Positions 1-8,320 of a stretch of 64,000 nt of DNA are shown piece by piece. Each line of letters starts with the position of its first letter. Position 1 is the first letter of the stretch. The notes beneath the pieces were generated by a model. The model saw only the letters and a program-made list of their open reading frames with translations, ran no database searches and was not told the origin of the DNA. Location: assembly GCA_963784785.1 (NCBI GenBank), contig CAWASW010000001.1, forward strand, positions 9,312-73,311. Reading direction: 5' to 3'. The DNA is from Candidatus Woesebacteria bacterium (GTDB lineage: Bacteria; Patescibacteriota; Microgenomatia; UBA8517). The translations under genes and the position numbers were made by a program.

Positions 1-318
1 ATAGTGGATTAGAATGGCGAGGAGAAGACCAATAGGCCAGAGGTTTTTCTTCTTTGTTGAATATTGCATGATTAGGATTGTAGTTATGTGCATTGGAGTC
101 ACTATCAATATTCTAAAAATTGAAGAATCCGGATTCATTGAATAGAAAATAGCTTCTGAGATAGAGAATAATAGCCCTAAGATGATGGCAGTCTTTGTTG
201 TACTTGAATATTTTGCCAAAAAAAACTTGAAAACTTCCTCCACTACATATGGGTAAGGGAGAAAGCTTTCGATTAACAGCAAAAAAAATGGTGAAACTAG
301 GGCAGCAATATATTCCAT
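1..318 (-). CDS. PrsW-like intramembrane metalloprotease (3' end outside window)
   Basis: Manual translation MEYIAALVSPFFLLLIESFLPYPYVVEEVFK...FSISEAIFY...PMH...ILIHY; hydrophobic with EE, FxxxE and two His motifs typical of PrsW; not in ORF track. Confidence 0.6.
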   Translation of the reverse strand, partial: MEYIAALVSPFFLLLIESFLPYPYVVEEVFKFFLAKYSSTTKTAIILGLLFSISEAIFYSMNPDSSIFRILIVTPMHITTILIMQYSTKKKNLWPIGLLLAILIHY

Positions 319-322
319 GTAA

Positions 323-475
323 TTACTCCTCTGATTTATTATTCATCGCTTTTTTAAATTCTTTAATAGAATCTGCAATTCCTTTTGATAATTCTGGAAG
401 TTTTTTACCTCCAAAAAGTACTAAAAGTACTACGGCAATTACAATAATTTCAGTGGTTCCTATATTTTGTAACAA
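323..475 (-). CDS. tatA: Twin-arginine translocase TatA/E family subunit (50 aa)
   Basis: Manual translation from TTG: MLQNIGTTEIIVIAVVLLVLFGGKKLPELSKGIADSIKEFKKAMNNKSEE; E-TM-FG-KKLP-amphipathic helix-EFKK; immediately after tatC. Confidence 0.92.
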   Translation of the reverse strand: MLQNIGTTEIIVIAVVLLVLFGGKKLPELSKGIADSIKEFKKAMNNKSEE

Positions 476-476
476 A

Positions 477-1214
477 TTAAATCACCCCTTTTCTAAAAAA
501 TTTATTCAACAACAATGTAAGTTCAAATAATATCACAAGTGGCAGTGTTAAAAGGGTCAATGACAATATGTCAGTTGGCGGCATCAAAGCGGCAAAAATT
601 ATAGCTATCATATAAGCAACAGGCCTTCCGGCTGAGAATAGTTTATGAGAAACAACATTAAAATCCATCAACAAACTCATTACTATTGGGAATTGGAAGG
701 CTAGTCCCATCAAGGCAGAAGTTACTAAGACTTGATTCAAAAGCTTACTAATATCTAGCATGTTTCCTATATTTAATTGAGTAGAAGTTGTATAAAAAAT
801 TACAATAACCCATTTCATCATCATGAATCCGAATGCAAAACCGCCTATAAATAACAGGATACTAAGAGGTAAGAAAGTAACTAATGATCTGTACTCTTTT
901 GATTTCAAAGCTGGTCTTAAAAATGTCATTAACTGATATATTACGAGGGGTATAGATATAATAAGACCTACTGATAAAAAACAACTAATGGCAAGGTTGA
1001 TATATTGAAATTGATCAGTAAAAACAATATTAACCCCCTTTAAGTCAATTAAACTTATAATGAAAGATATAATCTGTTGATAATACCAGAATCCTAATAT
1101 ACCAAATAGTAAAAATATCGAAAGTATAAATAATAACCTCCTTCTTACCTCAGCAAGAATAGGGTAATACTTGTTGATATTTTCTTGAACCGATGTAGAA
1201 ATATCTTTATCCAC
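477..1214 (-). CDS. tatC: Twin-arginine translocase subunit TatC
   Basis: Six TM segments with LAEVRRRL, YQLMTFLRPALK, FQFP, PPTDILS, PLVILFE; flanked by tatA genes. Confidence 0.93.
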   Translation of the reverse strand: MDKDISTSVQENINKYYPILAEVRRRLLFILSIFLLFGILGFWYYQQIISFIISLIDLKGVNIVFTDQFQYINLAISCFLSVGLIISIPLVIYQLMTFLRPALKSKEYRSLVTFLPLSILLFIGGFAFGFMMMKWVIVIFYTTSTQLNIGNMLDISKLLNQVLVTSALMGLAFQFPIVMSLLMDFNVVSHKLFSAGRPVAYMIAIIFAALMPPTDILSLTLLTLPLVILFELTLLLNKFFRKGVI

Positions 1215-1216
1215 GC

Positions 1217-1357
1217 TTATTTTTCTTCCAAAGCTTTTTTAAATTCCTTAACAGATAATCCAATAGATTTGATAAATTCTGGTAATTTTTTGCTTCCAAA
1301 AAAAACTATGACAAGTAATGAAATAACTAATATTTCAGGTGTTCCAAGTTGTGACAT
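1217..1357 (-). CDS. tatA: Twin-arginine translocase TatA/E family subunit (46 aa)
   Basis: Manual translation MSQLGTPEILVISLLVIVFFGSKKLPEFIKSIGLSVKEFKKALEEK; not in ORF track. Confidence 0.9.
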   Translation of the reverse strand: MSQLGTPEILVISLLVIVFFGSKKLPEFIKSIGLSVKEFKKALEEK

Positions 1358-1542
1358 TAAATAACACCCCCAGTCTTTATTTTTTCAACCTCTTTTTTGG
1401 CAGAGCCAAATTCTTTTTTAATCTTTTTGAGTTCTTTTCCGGCCTCTCCTGCACTTTTTGCCATATCTGTCATTCTTTTTCCTCCAAACAAAATAATTAG
1501 GACCAAAAGAATTAAAATTATTTCAGGTAATCCAATATTCAT
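1357..1542 (-). CDS. tatA: Twin-arginine translocase TatA/B family subunit (61 aa)
   Basis: MNIGLPEIILILLVLIILFGGKRMTDMAKSAGEAGKELKK; its stop overlaps the next tatA start. Confidence 0.88.
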   Translation of the reverse strand: MNIGLPEIILILLVLIILFGGKRMTDMAKSAGEAGKELKKIKKEFGSAKKEVEKIKTGGVI

Positions 1543-1560
1543 ATGACTATAATAATCTAA

Positions 1561-2859
1561 CTACTTTAACGAAGCAAGAGTAGCTTTTAATTTTGTAGCC
1601 TTTAATATTTGTCCTGCAGTTCCAGGAGTTGTATGACTTGAAATTATTTCGTCCCAAACGGCGTCGGCTATGTCTGTCGCGCTGGCTCCTCCTGCAGGTG
1701 TTTCGATAAACGTTCCGGTACCAGTGTCCCTTGTGGCACCTAAAGTATTTCCAGAGAAGGTGTGGTTAAGTCTGACGCCTGTTCTTGTGACTCCTGTTGC
1801 TATATCAACTCCGTAGCCAATATTATTAAATATTAAATTGTTTTCAAATATTGTATCGGTTATTGAAGTCCCGCTTACTATTGCACCATTTGCACCATTT
1901 CCTGAGAGAATTGATTGTTGGACTTTAGTTCGTGAGGAACTATCTCCAATACTAATTCCTGCAAGTGTTGAATTTTCAATTGCAGAATTCTCAACTTGTG
2001 TTCTAGCAGAACTTGTAATCCGTAATCCGTTTCCTGTTACTCCATTTACCCAAACATTTTTAACTAAGGCGTTGTCTCCTGTAATTGTAATTCCATTGTC
2101 AGTTCCTCCAGCAGCCGTCGAGACGTAAAAGCCTTCAAATTCCACTGAGTCTCCGGAAATATTAACTGTTGGAGAACCAGAAGTTGATGGAATGATTTGG
2201 AGTTGATACCCAGCACCACGAACTTTAAGTGACGATTTAGTAATAGATAATTTTTCAGTTGTTGTAGTAACTCCACCACTTGCGGTTGCTAGGGCAAAGA
2301 TAATATCGCCTGCACCAGCAGTTGCTAAGGTTTGAGCCTTGGAAAAAGTTGCAACTGCGTTTGACGGCGTCAATCCATCATTTGCGTCACTGCCTGAAGT
2401 TGGATTCCAATACCAAATAACGCCAACAGATCTATTTCTACCCCGCATGCTTTCAAGCATATAAAGCATCCCGTAATTTGCATCTGATTGGATAATAGTA
2501 GGGGATGAACTTTGTGCAATATTTATCTGAGTAAATGCTGTAGCTTTAAGAGGGTTGTTCCCGTATTGATTAATGGCGACTAGATTTCCTCCTGTGACCA
2601 TACAGGAGGTTGTATCAGGTCCACTTCTAGCTTCAAAAGCAATTCTCCAATCGTTTACTAATTCAAGTGTTATTCCTATGTAACTTCCACCCCCTAATGC
2701 TTGTTTACCATACGCATTAGCAATTAGAGGATAATCCATGTTTGTTAATCTTTCTTCATAGAGCCTAATTTGATTTATGAGATCTTGACAAGTTACAGAA
2801 GTTTGAGGCGAATCAACTTGAATTACTTTTTCGGATTTAAAGAAAGTAAGTGTTGCCAT
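1561..2859 (-). CDS. Right-handed parallel beta-helix protein, phage tail/fibre-like, no signal peptide
   Basis: GSDANDGLTPSNAVATFSKA opener followed by beta-helix repeats (GITITGDNALVKN, GLRITSS, GISIGDSS); C-terminal IADAVWDE motif recalled from phage fibre proteins. Confidence 0.7.
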   Translation of the reverse strand: MATLTFFKSEKVIQVDSPQTSVTCQDLINQIRLYEERLTNMDYPLIANAYGKQALGGGSYIGITLELVNDWRIAFEARSGPDTTSCMVTGGNLVAINQYGNNPLKATAFTQINIAQSSSPTIIQSDANYGMLYMLESMRGRNRSVGVIWYWNPTSGSDANDGLTPSNAVATFSKAQTLATAGAGDIIFALATASGGVTTTTEKLSITKSSLKVRGAGYQLQIIPSTSGSPTVNISGDSVEFEGFYVSTAAGGTDNGITITGDNALVKNVWVNGVTGNGLRITSSARTQVENSAIENSTLAGISIGDSSSRTKVQQSILSGNGANGAIVSGTSITDTIFENNLIFNNIGYGVDIATGVTRTGVRLNHTFSGNTLGATRDTGTGTFIETPAGGASATDIADAVWDEIISSHTTPGTAGQILKATKLKATLASLK

Positions 2860-2861
2860 TA

Positions 2862-3689
2862 TTAATTAAAAACCGAGATATTAAGTGTTTTGGTAAGTTT
2901 TCCATCAATCATAGAATAAGTATAGTCTTGACCGATTTTTAAAGCGAGATACTTTTCAGGGATTTCGTCAACTGTTTCCTGTTGAATAAAACTTTGGTTT
3001 TCTGTATCAAAGATAAAATTGATAATATTTAGTTTTGTGTTTTTTGGTAATTTTCTCAAATTAAAACTACTTAAATTGATAATTTTGGAATCTATCTTTG
3101 TAAGTGATATCAAACCTCTATCAAATAACGCAATGAATTGACTAATATTTTCTGCAACTTTAGTTGAAAATTCTGTTACAAACTTTTCATTAGTTTGGTT
3201 ATTGATTAAATATTCTAATAAATGGCGATTTACTAAAACTACTTCACTTTTCTTGTTAGTGCAAAAAAATATTAAAGTATCTCGGTATTGAAAAAGGGGA
3301 TTCAGATGATATAGATTTATTACATTCTTAATATTAGGATCTATTTTGATAGTAGTCAAATCATAAATATTTACGTTATTGGGTAAATAACAATTCAATT
3401 GAGAATTGTAAATTCTACAGCCGATTTCACCGGCTATATTTTTTATTAAATTAATTGTTATGTTGTCATCAGGGGAAACAATAATGGTTAATTGCCCAGA
3501 AGTTTCTACTTTAATATGTGCGGTTGTTGGGGTGCCTATGTAATAAACAGTTGCAGAAGTTTCGTTTTCTTTTTCTATTTCTATGTCACCAGTAAAAGAT
3601 ATAAAATATTCTAAAATTTTACAAAAAGCATTTTTGGAGTCGTAAGGCTCATTGTTTGGCCTTAGATAATAATTTATTTGCGTCATCAA
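2862..3689 (-). CDS. Hypothetical protein
   Basis: 275-aa ORF in tightly packed minus-strand operon. Confidence 0.75.
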   Translation of the reverse strand: MMTQINYYLRPNNEPYDSKNAFCKILEYFISFTGDIEIEKENETSATVYYIGTPTTAHIKVETSGQLTIIVSPDDNITINLIKNIAGEIGCRIYNSQLNCYLPNNVNIYDLTTIKIDPNIKNVINLYHLNPLFQYRDTLIFFCTNKKSEVVLVNRHLLEYLINNQTNEKFVTEFSTKVAENISQFIALFDRGLISLTKIDSKIINLSSFNLRKLPKNTKLNIINFIFDTENQSFIQQETVDEIPEKYLALKIGQDYTYSMIDGKLTKTLNISVFN

Positions 3690-3885
3690 TATCGTTAACT
3701 AATGAATCTATCATTCCTTGGACTCTTTCTAATTCAATATTTTCTTTTTCAATTGCTTCTTCAAAAACCATTATATTTTTGTGTATCTTTTCTTTGTATT
3801 TAATTAAATCATTGATTCCAAATTGACGGACTGTCTTTAAATTTTCTAGTTCCTCTCTGGTTTTTGTAATTTTTATCTTTGTCAT
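3649..3885 (-). CDS. Small coiled-coil protein
   Basis: Heptad pattern, KNIMVFEEAIEKE; ATGA overlap with upstream ORF. Confidence 0.75.
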   Translation of the reverse strand: MTKIKITKTREELENLKTVRQFGINDLIKYKEKIHKNIMVFEEAIEKENIELERVQGMIDSLVNDIDDANKLLSKAKQ

Positions 3886-4061
3886 CTTGATGTCTCGATA
3901 ATCGCAATCATCTGGAATATCCTATTAATTTGAGCCTCAGATTTAGTGATTTCATCTTGGAAAAGTTTGATACTTTGTCTATGCTTGGCGACTTCTCTTT
4001 CGAGATCTTCCTTTTTGTATCTAAGCGCTTCCTCTTTTGTTACGGGGAGATTAGGATTCAT
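3882..4061 (-). CDS. Small coiled-coil protein (59 aa), likely paralog of 3649..3885
   Basis: Manual translation MNPNLPVTKEEALRYKKEDLEREVAKHRQSIKLFQDEITKSEAQINRIFQMIAIIETSR; TGnTATCAT 6 nt before ATG; not in ORF track. Confidence 0.75.
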   Translation of the reverse strand: MNPNLPVTKEEALRYKKEDLEREVAKHRQSIKLFQDEITKSEAQINRIFQMIAIIETSR

Positions 4062-4076
4062 ATGGTTATGATAGCA

Positions 4077-4469
4077 CTAACTTGTTAGTTTGTCCCAAAA
4101 ACTTTTCCTTTTGAGGTCTTCATCTGTATCTAATTGACTTTTACTAATAAACTTTCCGTCAGGACCTCTTGTAACTCTTTTTTGGGGGACTAACACTTCT
4201 TCAGTGGTGGCAATTGCAACTGGCTCGGTTACAGGTTCTTCAGTAACTATTTCCTCAACCTTAGCTTTCTTTTTATTTTCTTTTTCAAGTTTTTTTTGTT
4301 CTTCTAACTGATTCAAATAATCTTGCTCTTTGATATAATCATCAATTTCTTTTTTCAATTCTTTTTCTGAATTTTCTCGAAATACTACATTTCCTGATGC
4401 GTTTCTTGCAATATGCATATATCGATCTCCATTTAGTGATATTGATAATTCGTGTTTTTTGTAAATCAT
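4077..4469 (-). CDS. Hypothetical charged protein
   Basis: 130 aa, Glu/Lys-rich, C-terminal RGPDGKFISK motif. Confidence 0.7.
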   Translation of the reverse strand: MIYKKHELSISLNGDRYMHIARNASGNVVFRENSEKELKKEIDDYIKEQDYLNQLEEQKKLEKENKKKAKVEEIVTEEPVTEPVAIATTEEVLVPQKRVTRGPDGKFISKSQLDTDEDLKRKSFWDKLTS

Positions 4470-4483
4470 ATTAATTTAGATAA

Positions 4484-6907
4484 TTATACAAATATTGTAT
4501 CAGATGTTCTAACGACAGAGACGTTTGTAGGGTTTGCACCAACCACAGACGAGTCCTGTTCAAATGGCAATATATTACCTGCTTGTCTTGCACGAACTCT
4601 GATATATATATCAGAGTCAGTAGATGAGTGGGTGATAGTGATTGCTTCAGATCCTGGGGTTCCTGTTGAACCAGTAGTTTCATACGAATCTATAAATGGT
4701 ATATACCATGTGTCTTGAGGAGAAACTGTTGTAGCAACTGGTAAACAATTAAATTTGATATTATCTGCTGTTGTTTGTCCTGTAATTGCTGGAAAAATTG
4801 TCACGTTATCTGCATCCACAATAGCCGTAATATATGAAACAGCATTAGATTGAGTAATATTCATTACTAAATCTCCAACCACACTTGCAGTTCCTAGCCC
4901 AGTACTCTTGATATTTGTTGTCGTTGTTCCGGCAGCAGCAGATGCTACGTTAGTATATGCAAGCGTAAATGTTGATGAGGTCCAGCTAGAAAATCTAATT
5001 CTATATTCTTTTGTAGCTGATGTGTCAACTAATCTTATGACTCCACCAACAGATTTTCCAGGGGAATCTGTTGTGACAGCTGATCCCATAATCGCAGTTG
5101 TGGCGGCTTGTGCTTGAACTGTTGCATTATATTCAGCCTTGTTTATATCTCCTCCTGAAGCAGTTAATCTAAAGACTGCAACTTTATCTCCTGCACGGGT
5201 ATTTGAAACTGTTATTGTTGCTTTTGTAGGAGCAAGACGTACTGTACCATTGTCATCAACCAGCTGAAAATTGTTTGCATCTCCTGTTTGATAATCAGCA
5301 AGAACTACTCCAGGTGCACAGAAGAATTTTCCACCGGCAAATGTTCCAAATGGGGCAGCTGCAATAGGTGTAACAGCTGATGCTTCAGTATTTGGCGTAA
5401 ATGTTCCTAGAGCTGTATCATCGGTAACAATGTTTGAGGTGTTAAATGTACCTCTTGAATTACGGAGGATAACTATTTTATCTGTAGTATTTACTTCGAC
5501 AATTGTCCCTTTTGCTCCTGACACTGCTTGAGTACATGTATTTCCTTCTGTAAATGACCCAGAAATTGAACCTGAATATCTTAACCTGTAATCTGACCCA
5601 ATATAGAATTGACCTTGTAGTCCATCTGTATCTGTCGTTGCTGTCTCACCACGTCTCGTTACATATTTTGAATATTGATAGACATTGGCCAAAGAATTTT
5701 GATTACAGTCAATTGTGATCGAGTAGTTTTCAGGTGTTCCGTTTTCATCAATGTCGCTTGTTCCTCCATCAGCCATACCACCATGAGTAATAACTGGTGC
5801 TGTACCAAGTGCTGCTGGTCCTGCAGCTGCAGGTGTACCTGCTGTAACTGTTGCCCCTGATGTTGCACCTGTTATTGAAGTGTCTGCATTTGCAAAATTG
5901 GCAATAGGGTCACCAATTAAATAATAAGTTATAACAGGAGTTGTACCAGGAGTTCCTGTTACAGCAGTGATGACCCCTTTTTTGTCAGTTCCAGCTTTGG
6001 CAATAACTTCACCTGCTACAAATGTTCCAGTGCCTGATGATCCTGTAAATGTCCAGAAGCCAGTTTGGTTATCCAAATCGTTACCAGTCTGGAGAGGAAT
6101 AGGGTTACGACCACCATTGGTTAAGTCCACAATGTAATATGAATAAGTTTTGGAATATTGACGGGCTAAAACTGTAATGTATCCTTCATCAGTTTCAACC
6201 CCTAATTCTTTAGTGTTGATCAAAATGTCAATATGTCCATCGCCCCACCAGTCTGTGGTATCTTTGTAGGCTGTTAAGTTAGTACCATTTTGATTAATAT
6301 ATAAATGAGTATTAGATTCGATTGTACCAAGTGTATAGATATTGGCCCAAAGTGATTCACCTGCAGATATACCAACTCCTGATTGTGTATCAGTATGGGC
6401 GTTACAAACGATATTACCAGATGAATAATTAAAATCATGAGTCGAAGCATTGCTTGTAGGCCTAATCCAAAGAGTTGATCCGTTTACATCTAAAAGTGTA
6501 CCAGTAGAAGTTCCATTAGAAGTAATGGTGTTTCCAATATCTCCTGCAACTATGTTTGTACCAGTTCTGGTGACCTTTATTATCCCTGTATTTGTAGTGG
6601 TAACGCGATCCCAAGAAGCTGTTTTTAAAGCACCGCCTGTTAAATGCTCAACTGTTGATCTATCGATGAACCATGGATCCTTATCACCGGCATCAATGAT
6701 ACCTATTGTATATTCAGTAGGGGTTTGGGCAGACATTGGGACACCATCGTCCATCTGATTCAATTCATCAAACAAGTCTTGAAGTGCTGAGTAAAGTTGA
6801 TTTACTGTTCTTGTTCCAGTGGCAGAACCAGTCCACATGATTTGTTTCCTGCGGTTTTCTGCACTGTAATAAACTGTAAAATCTCCACTTAATATTGTGT
6901 CTGCCAT
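4484..6907 (-). CDS. Large Thr/Gly-rich beta-structured protein, phage structural-like, no signal peptide
   Basis: 807 aa; N-terminus TVNQLYSALQDLFDE..MDD..PMSAQTPTEYT; repeated small beta-barrel units (GTFVAGEVI, GSFTEGNTCTQAVSGAKGTIV). Confidence 0.7.
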   Translation of the reverse strand: MADTILSGDFTVYYSAENRRKQIMWTGSATGTRTVNQLYSALQDLFDELNQMDDGVPMSAQTPTEYTIGIIDAGDKDPWFIDRSTVEHLTGGALKTASWDRVTTTNTGIIKVTRTGTNIVAGDIGNTITSNGTSTGTLLDVNGSTLWIRPTSNASTHDFNYSSGNIVCNAHTDTQSGVGISAGESLWANIYTLGTIESNTHLYINQNGTNLTAYKDTTDWWGDGHIDILINTKELGVETDEGYITVLARQYSKTYSYYIVDLTNGGRNPIPLQTGNDLDNQTGFWTFTGSSGTGTFVAGEVIAKAGTDKKGVITAVTGTPGTTPVITYYLIGDPIANFANADTSITGATSGATVTAGTPAAAGPAALGTAPVITHGGMADGGTSDIDENGTPENYSITIDCNQNSLANVYQYSKYVTRRGETATTDTDGLQGQFYIGSDYRLRYSGSISGSFTEGNTCTQAVSGAKGTIVEVNTTDKIVILRNSRGTFNTSNIVTDDTALGTFTPNTEASAVTPIAAAPFGTFAGGKFFCAPGVVLADYQTGDANNFQLVDDNGTVRLAPTKATITVSNTRAGDKVAVFRLTASGGDINKAEYNATVQAQAATTAIMGSAVTTDSPGKSVGGVIRLVDTSATKEYRIRFSSWTSSTFTLAYTNVASAAAGTTTTNIKSTGLGTASVVGDLVMNITQSNAVSYITAIVDADNVTIFPAITGQTTADNIKFNCLPVATTVSPQDTWYIPFIDSYETTGSTGTPGSEAITITHSSTDSDIYIRVRARQAGNILPFEQDSSVVGANPTNVSVVRTSDTIFV

Positions 6908-7037
6908 GCTAAAAAATTATATATACTGCCCTTTAACTAATAATTAGTTTGCACTATTCAATAGAGGCCTGTCAACTGATAATAAGTGTATCAAATGAGT
7001 CGGAATTGATACATTTGCGCCGAGAAAGAAATAGTAG

Positions 7038-7517
7038 TTATGGATTGAGAACCGATGTTTTGGTATTAGGCTCAGATGGTGAAAAGTGAACTTCATTTTT
7101 ATTATTAGGGATTAAAAAGTTAGCTATTCCGGCAAGGACATAGAAAAACATTGGTACTATAAGCATTGCCCCTCCATAGGAAATTGCTAAGGTCCAAAGA
7201 GTTGGGGTAATTTTAACTCCGGTTGCCATCTGTTGAAAGGCATAAATTTCAGCAATAAACGCTAAAAATGCGGATATTCCAAGCTTCGTAAAATATTGTT
7301 TTTCTACCGCCGATAAAATTAAAGTTATAGATAGCATTAGAGCAATTGACCGAGTGATTACAGCAACAAATGTCATTGGGTATGTATTAAAATAAATTTT
7401 ATTTAAGAAAGCTAGAGGAGTTAGAACCCCAAGGTTTAATGATCCTGCAAAATAATCAAGTGCGTAGGCAAGTAAAAACAAACAAATAGTAATAACAAAT
7501 AATATTTCCTTTTTCAT
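7038..7517 (-). CDS. 4-TM membrane protein
   Basis: Four hydrophobic segments, 159 aa. Confidence 0.75.
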   Translation of the reverse strand: MKKEILFVITICLFLLAYALDYFAGSLNLGVLTPLAFLNKIYFNTYPMTFVAVITRSIALMLSITLILSAVEKQYFTKLGISAFLAFIAEIYAFQQMATGVKITPTLWTLAISYGGAMLIVPMFFYVLAGIANFLIPNNKNEVHFSPSEPNTKTSVLNP

Positions 7518-7549
7518 ATCTAGAATATATACGAGATATCAAAATTAAT

Positions 7550-7583
7550 CAAATTGACATTTTTATGGAGTACGTACTACACT
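7550..7583 (+). promoter_or_regulatory. Sigma70 promoter of the PaaX-like gene, containing copy 1 of a 28-bp motif
   Basis: TTGACA 7554-7559, 18-bp spacer with GTACGTAC palindrome, TACACT 7578-7583, ATG at 7589 (leaderless geometry). Confidence 0.65.
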
Positions 7584-7588
7584 AAAAT

Positions 7589-8296
7589 ATGAGAAAAATT
7601 ACAAAGATTACTGAAGGAGTTTTTTCAACACTTGTTGATATGTCTTTGTTTACTATCTTTTTTGGTATTTCAGGTGATGTCACAGGAAAAGCTGCCTTGA
7701 AGATGAAAGATGAAATTAATTACGATGCTTTGAAAAGATCATACAAAAATTTAGAGAAGAAGGGTTTAGTGCAAGTCATAAAGGAAAAAAATGCACTTCC
7801 CAAGATAACTGAAGAAGGTAAAAAACGTTTAGCTTCAATTTTACCTAAATATAATAAAAACAGAACATGGGATGGTAGGATTTATTTAGTTATATATGAT
7901 GTTCCAAAAGAAAAAAATAAAGTTAGGGACTATTTGCGAAATTATTTAATTAAAATAGGATGCGGAATGCTCCAAGATAGTGTTTGGCTAACTCCGTATA
8001 ATCCAAAAAAGTTAATTGAAGAATTCATAATTAAATATAAATTGGATTTTGATTCAATCATCATTTCTTCAATTGGTAAGGACGGAACTGTTGGGGAGCT
8101 AGAACTGACTGACTTGGTTGTAAAGGTTTATAAATTACAAAGTCTAAATGCTAGATATAATGAATTTTTAAAAACTAAGAGTCCAATGGACTTTTTATCA
8201 GTCCTGAAAGATGATCCTCAACTTCCTTTTGATCTACTACCGGATTGGTGGGTGGGCGATGAAGCTAATATCGTTTTTAACAAATTGACATTTTGA
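7589..8296 (+). CDS. PaaX-like transcriptional regulator (wHTH plus Cas2-like central domain)
   Basis: ITEEGKKRL wing, WDGRIYLVIYDVP, RDYLR..L..GCGMLQDSVW, C-terminal DPQLPFDLLPDWW.G. Confidence 0.85.
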   Translation: MRKITKITEGVFSTLVDMSLFTIFFGISGDVTGKAALKMKDEINYDALKRSYKNLEKKGLVQVIKEKNALPKITEEGKKRLASILPKYNKNRTWDGRIYLVIYDVPKEKNKVRDYLRNYLIKIGCGMLQDSVWLTPYNPKKLIEEFIIKYKLDFDSIIISSIGKDGTVGELELTDLVVKVYKLQSLNARYNEFLKTKSPMDFLSVLKDDPQLPFDLLPDWWVGDEANIVFNKLTF

Positions 8297-8311
8297 TGGA
8301 GTACGTACGAT
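8281..8311 (+). repeat. Copy 2 of 28-bp motif CAAATTGACATTTTGATGGAGTACGTAC
   Basis: 27/28 identical to 7550-7577; overlaps the TGA stop of the PaaX-like gene. Confidence 0.9.
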
Positions 8312-8320
8312 AGAGATACG

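Noticed and set aside
249-530. 93-aa plus-strand ORF and the many other short antisense ORFs in the track
   Set aside because: They are shadows of well-supported opposite-strand genes (here tatA/tatC) with no motifs or start signals of their own
7589-8296. Cas2 / CRISPR system
   Set aside because: The Cas2-like segment is the central domain of a PaaX-like protein; no cas1 and no repeat-spacer array in the window
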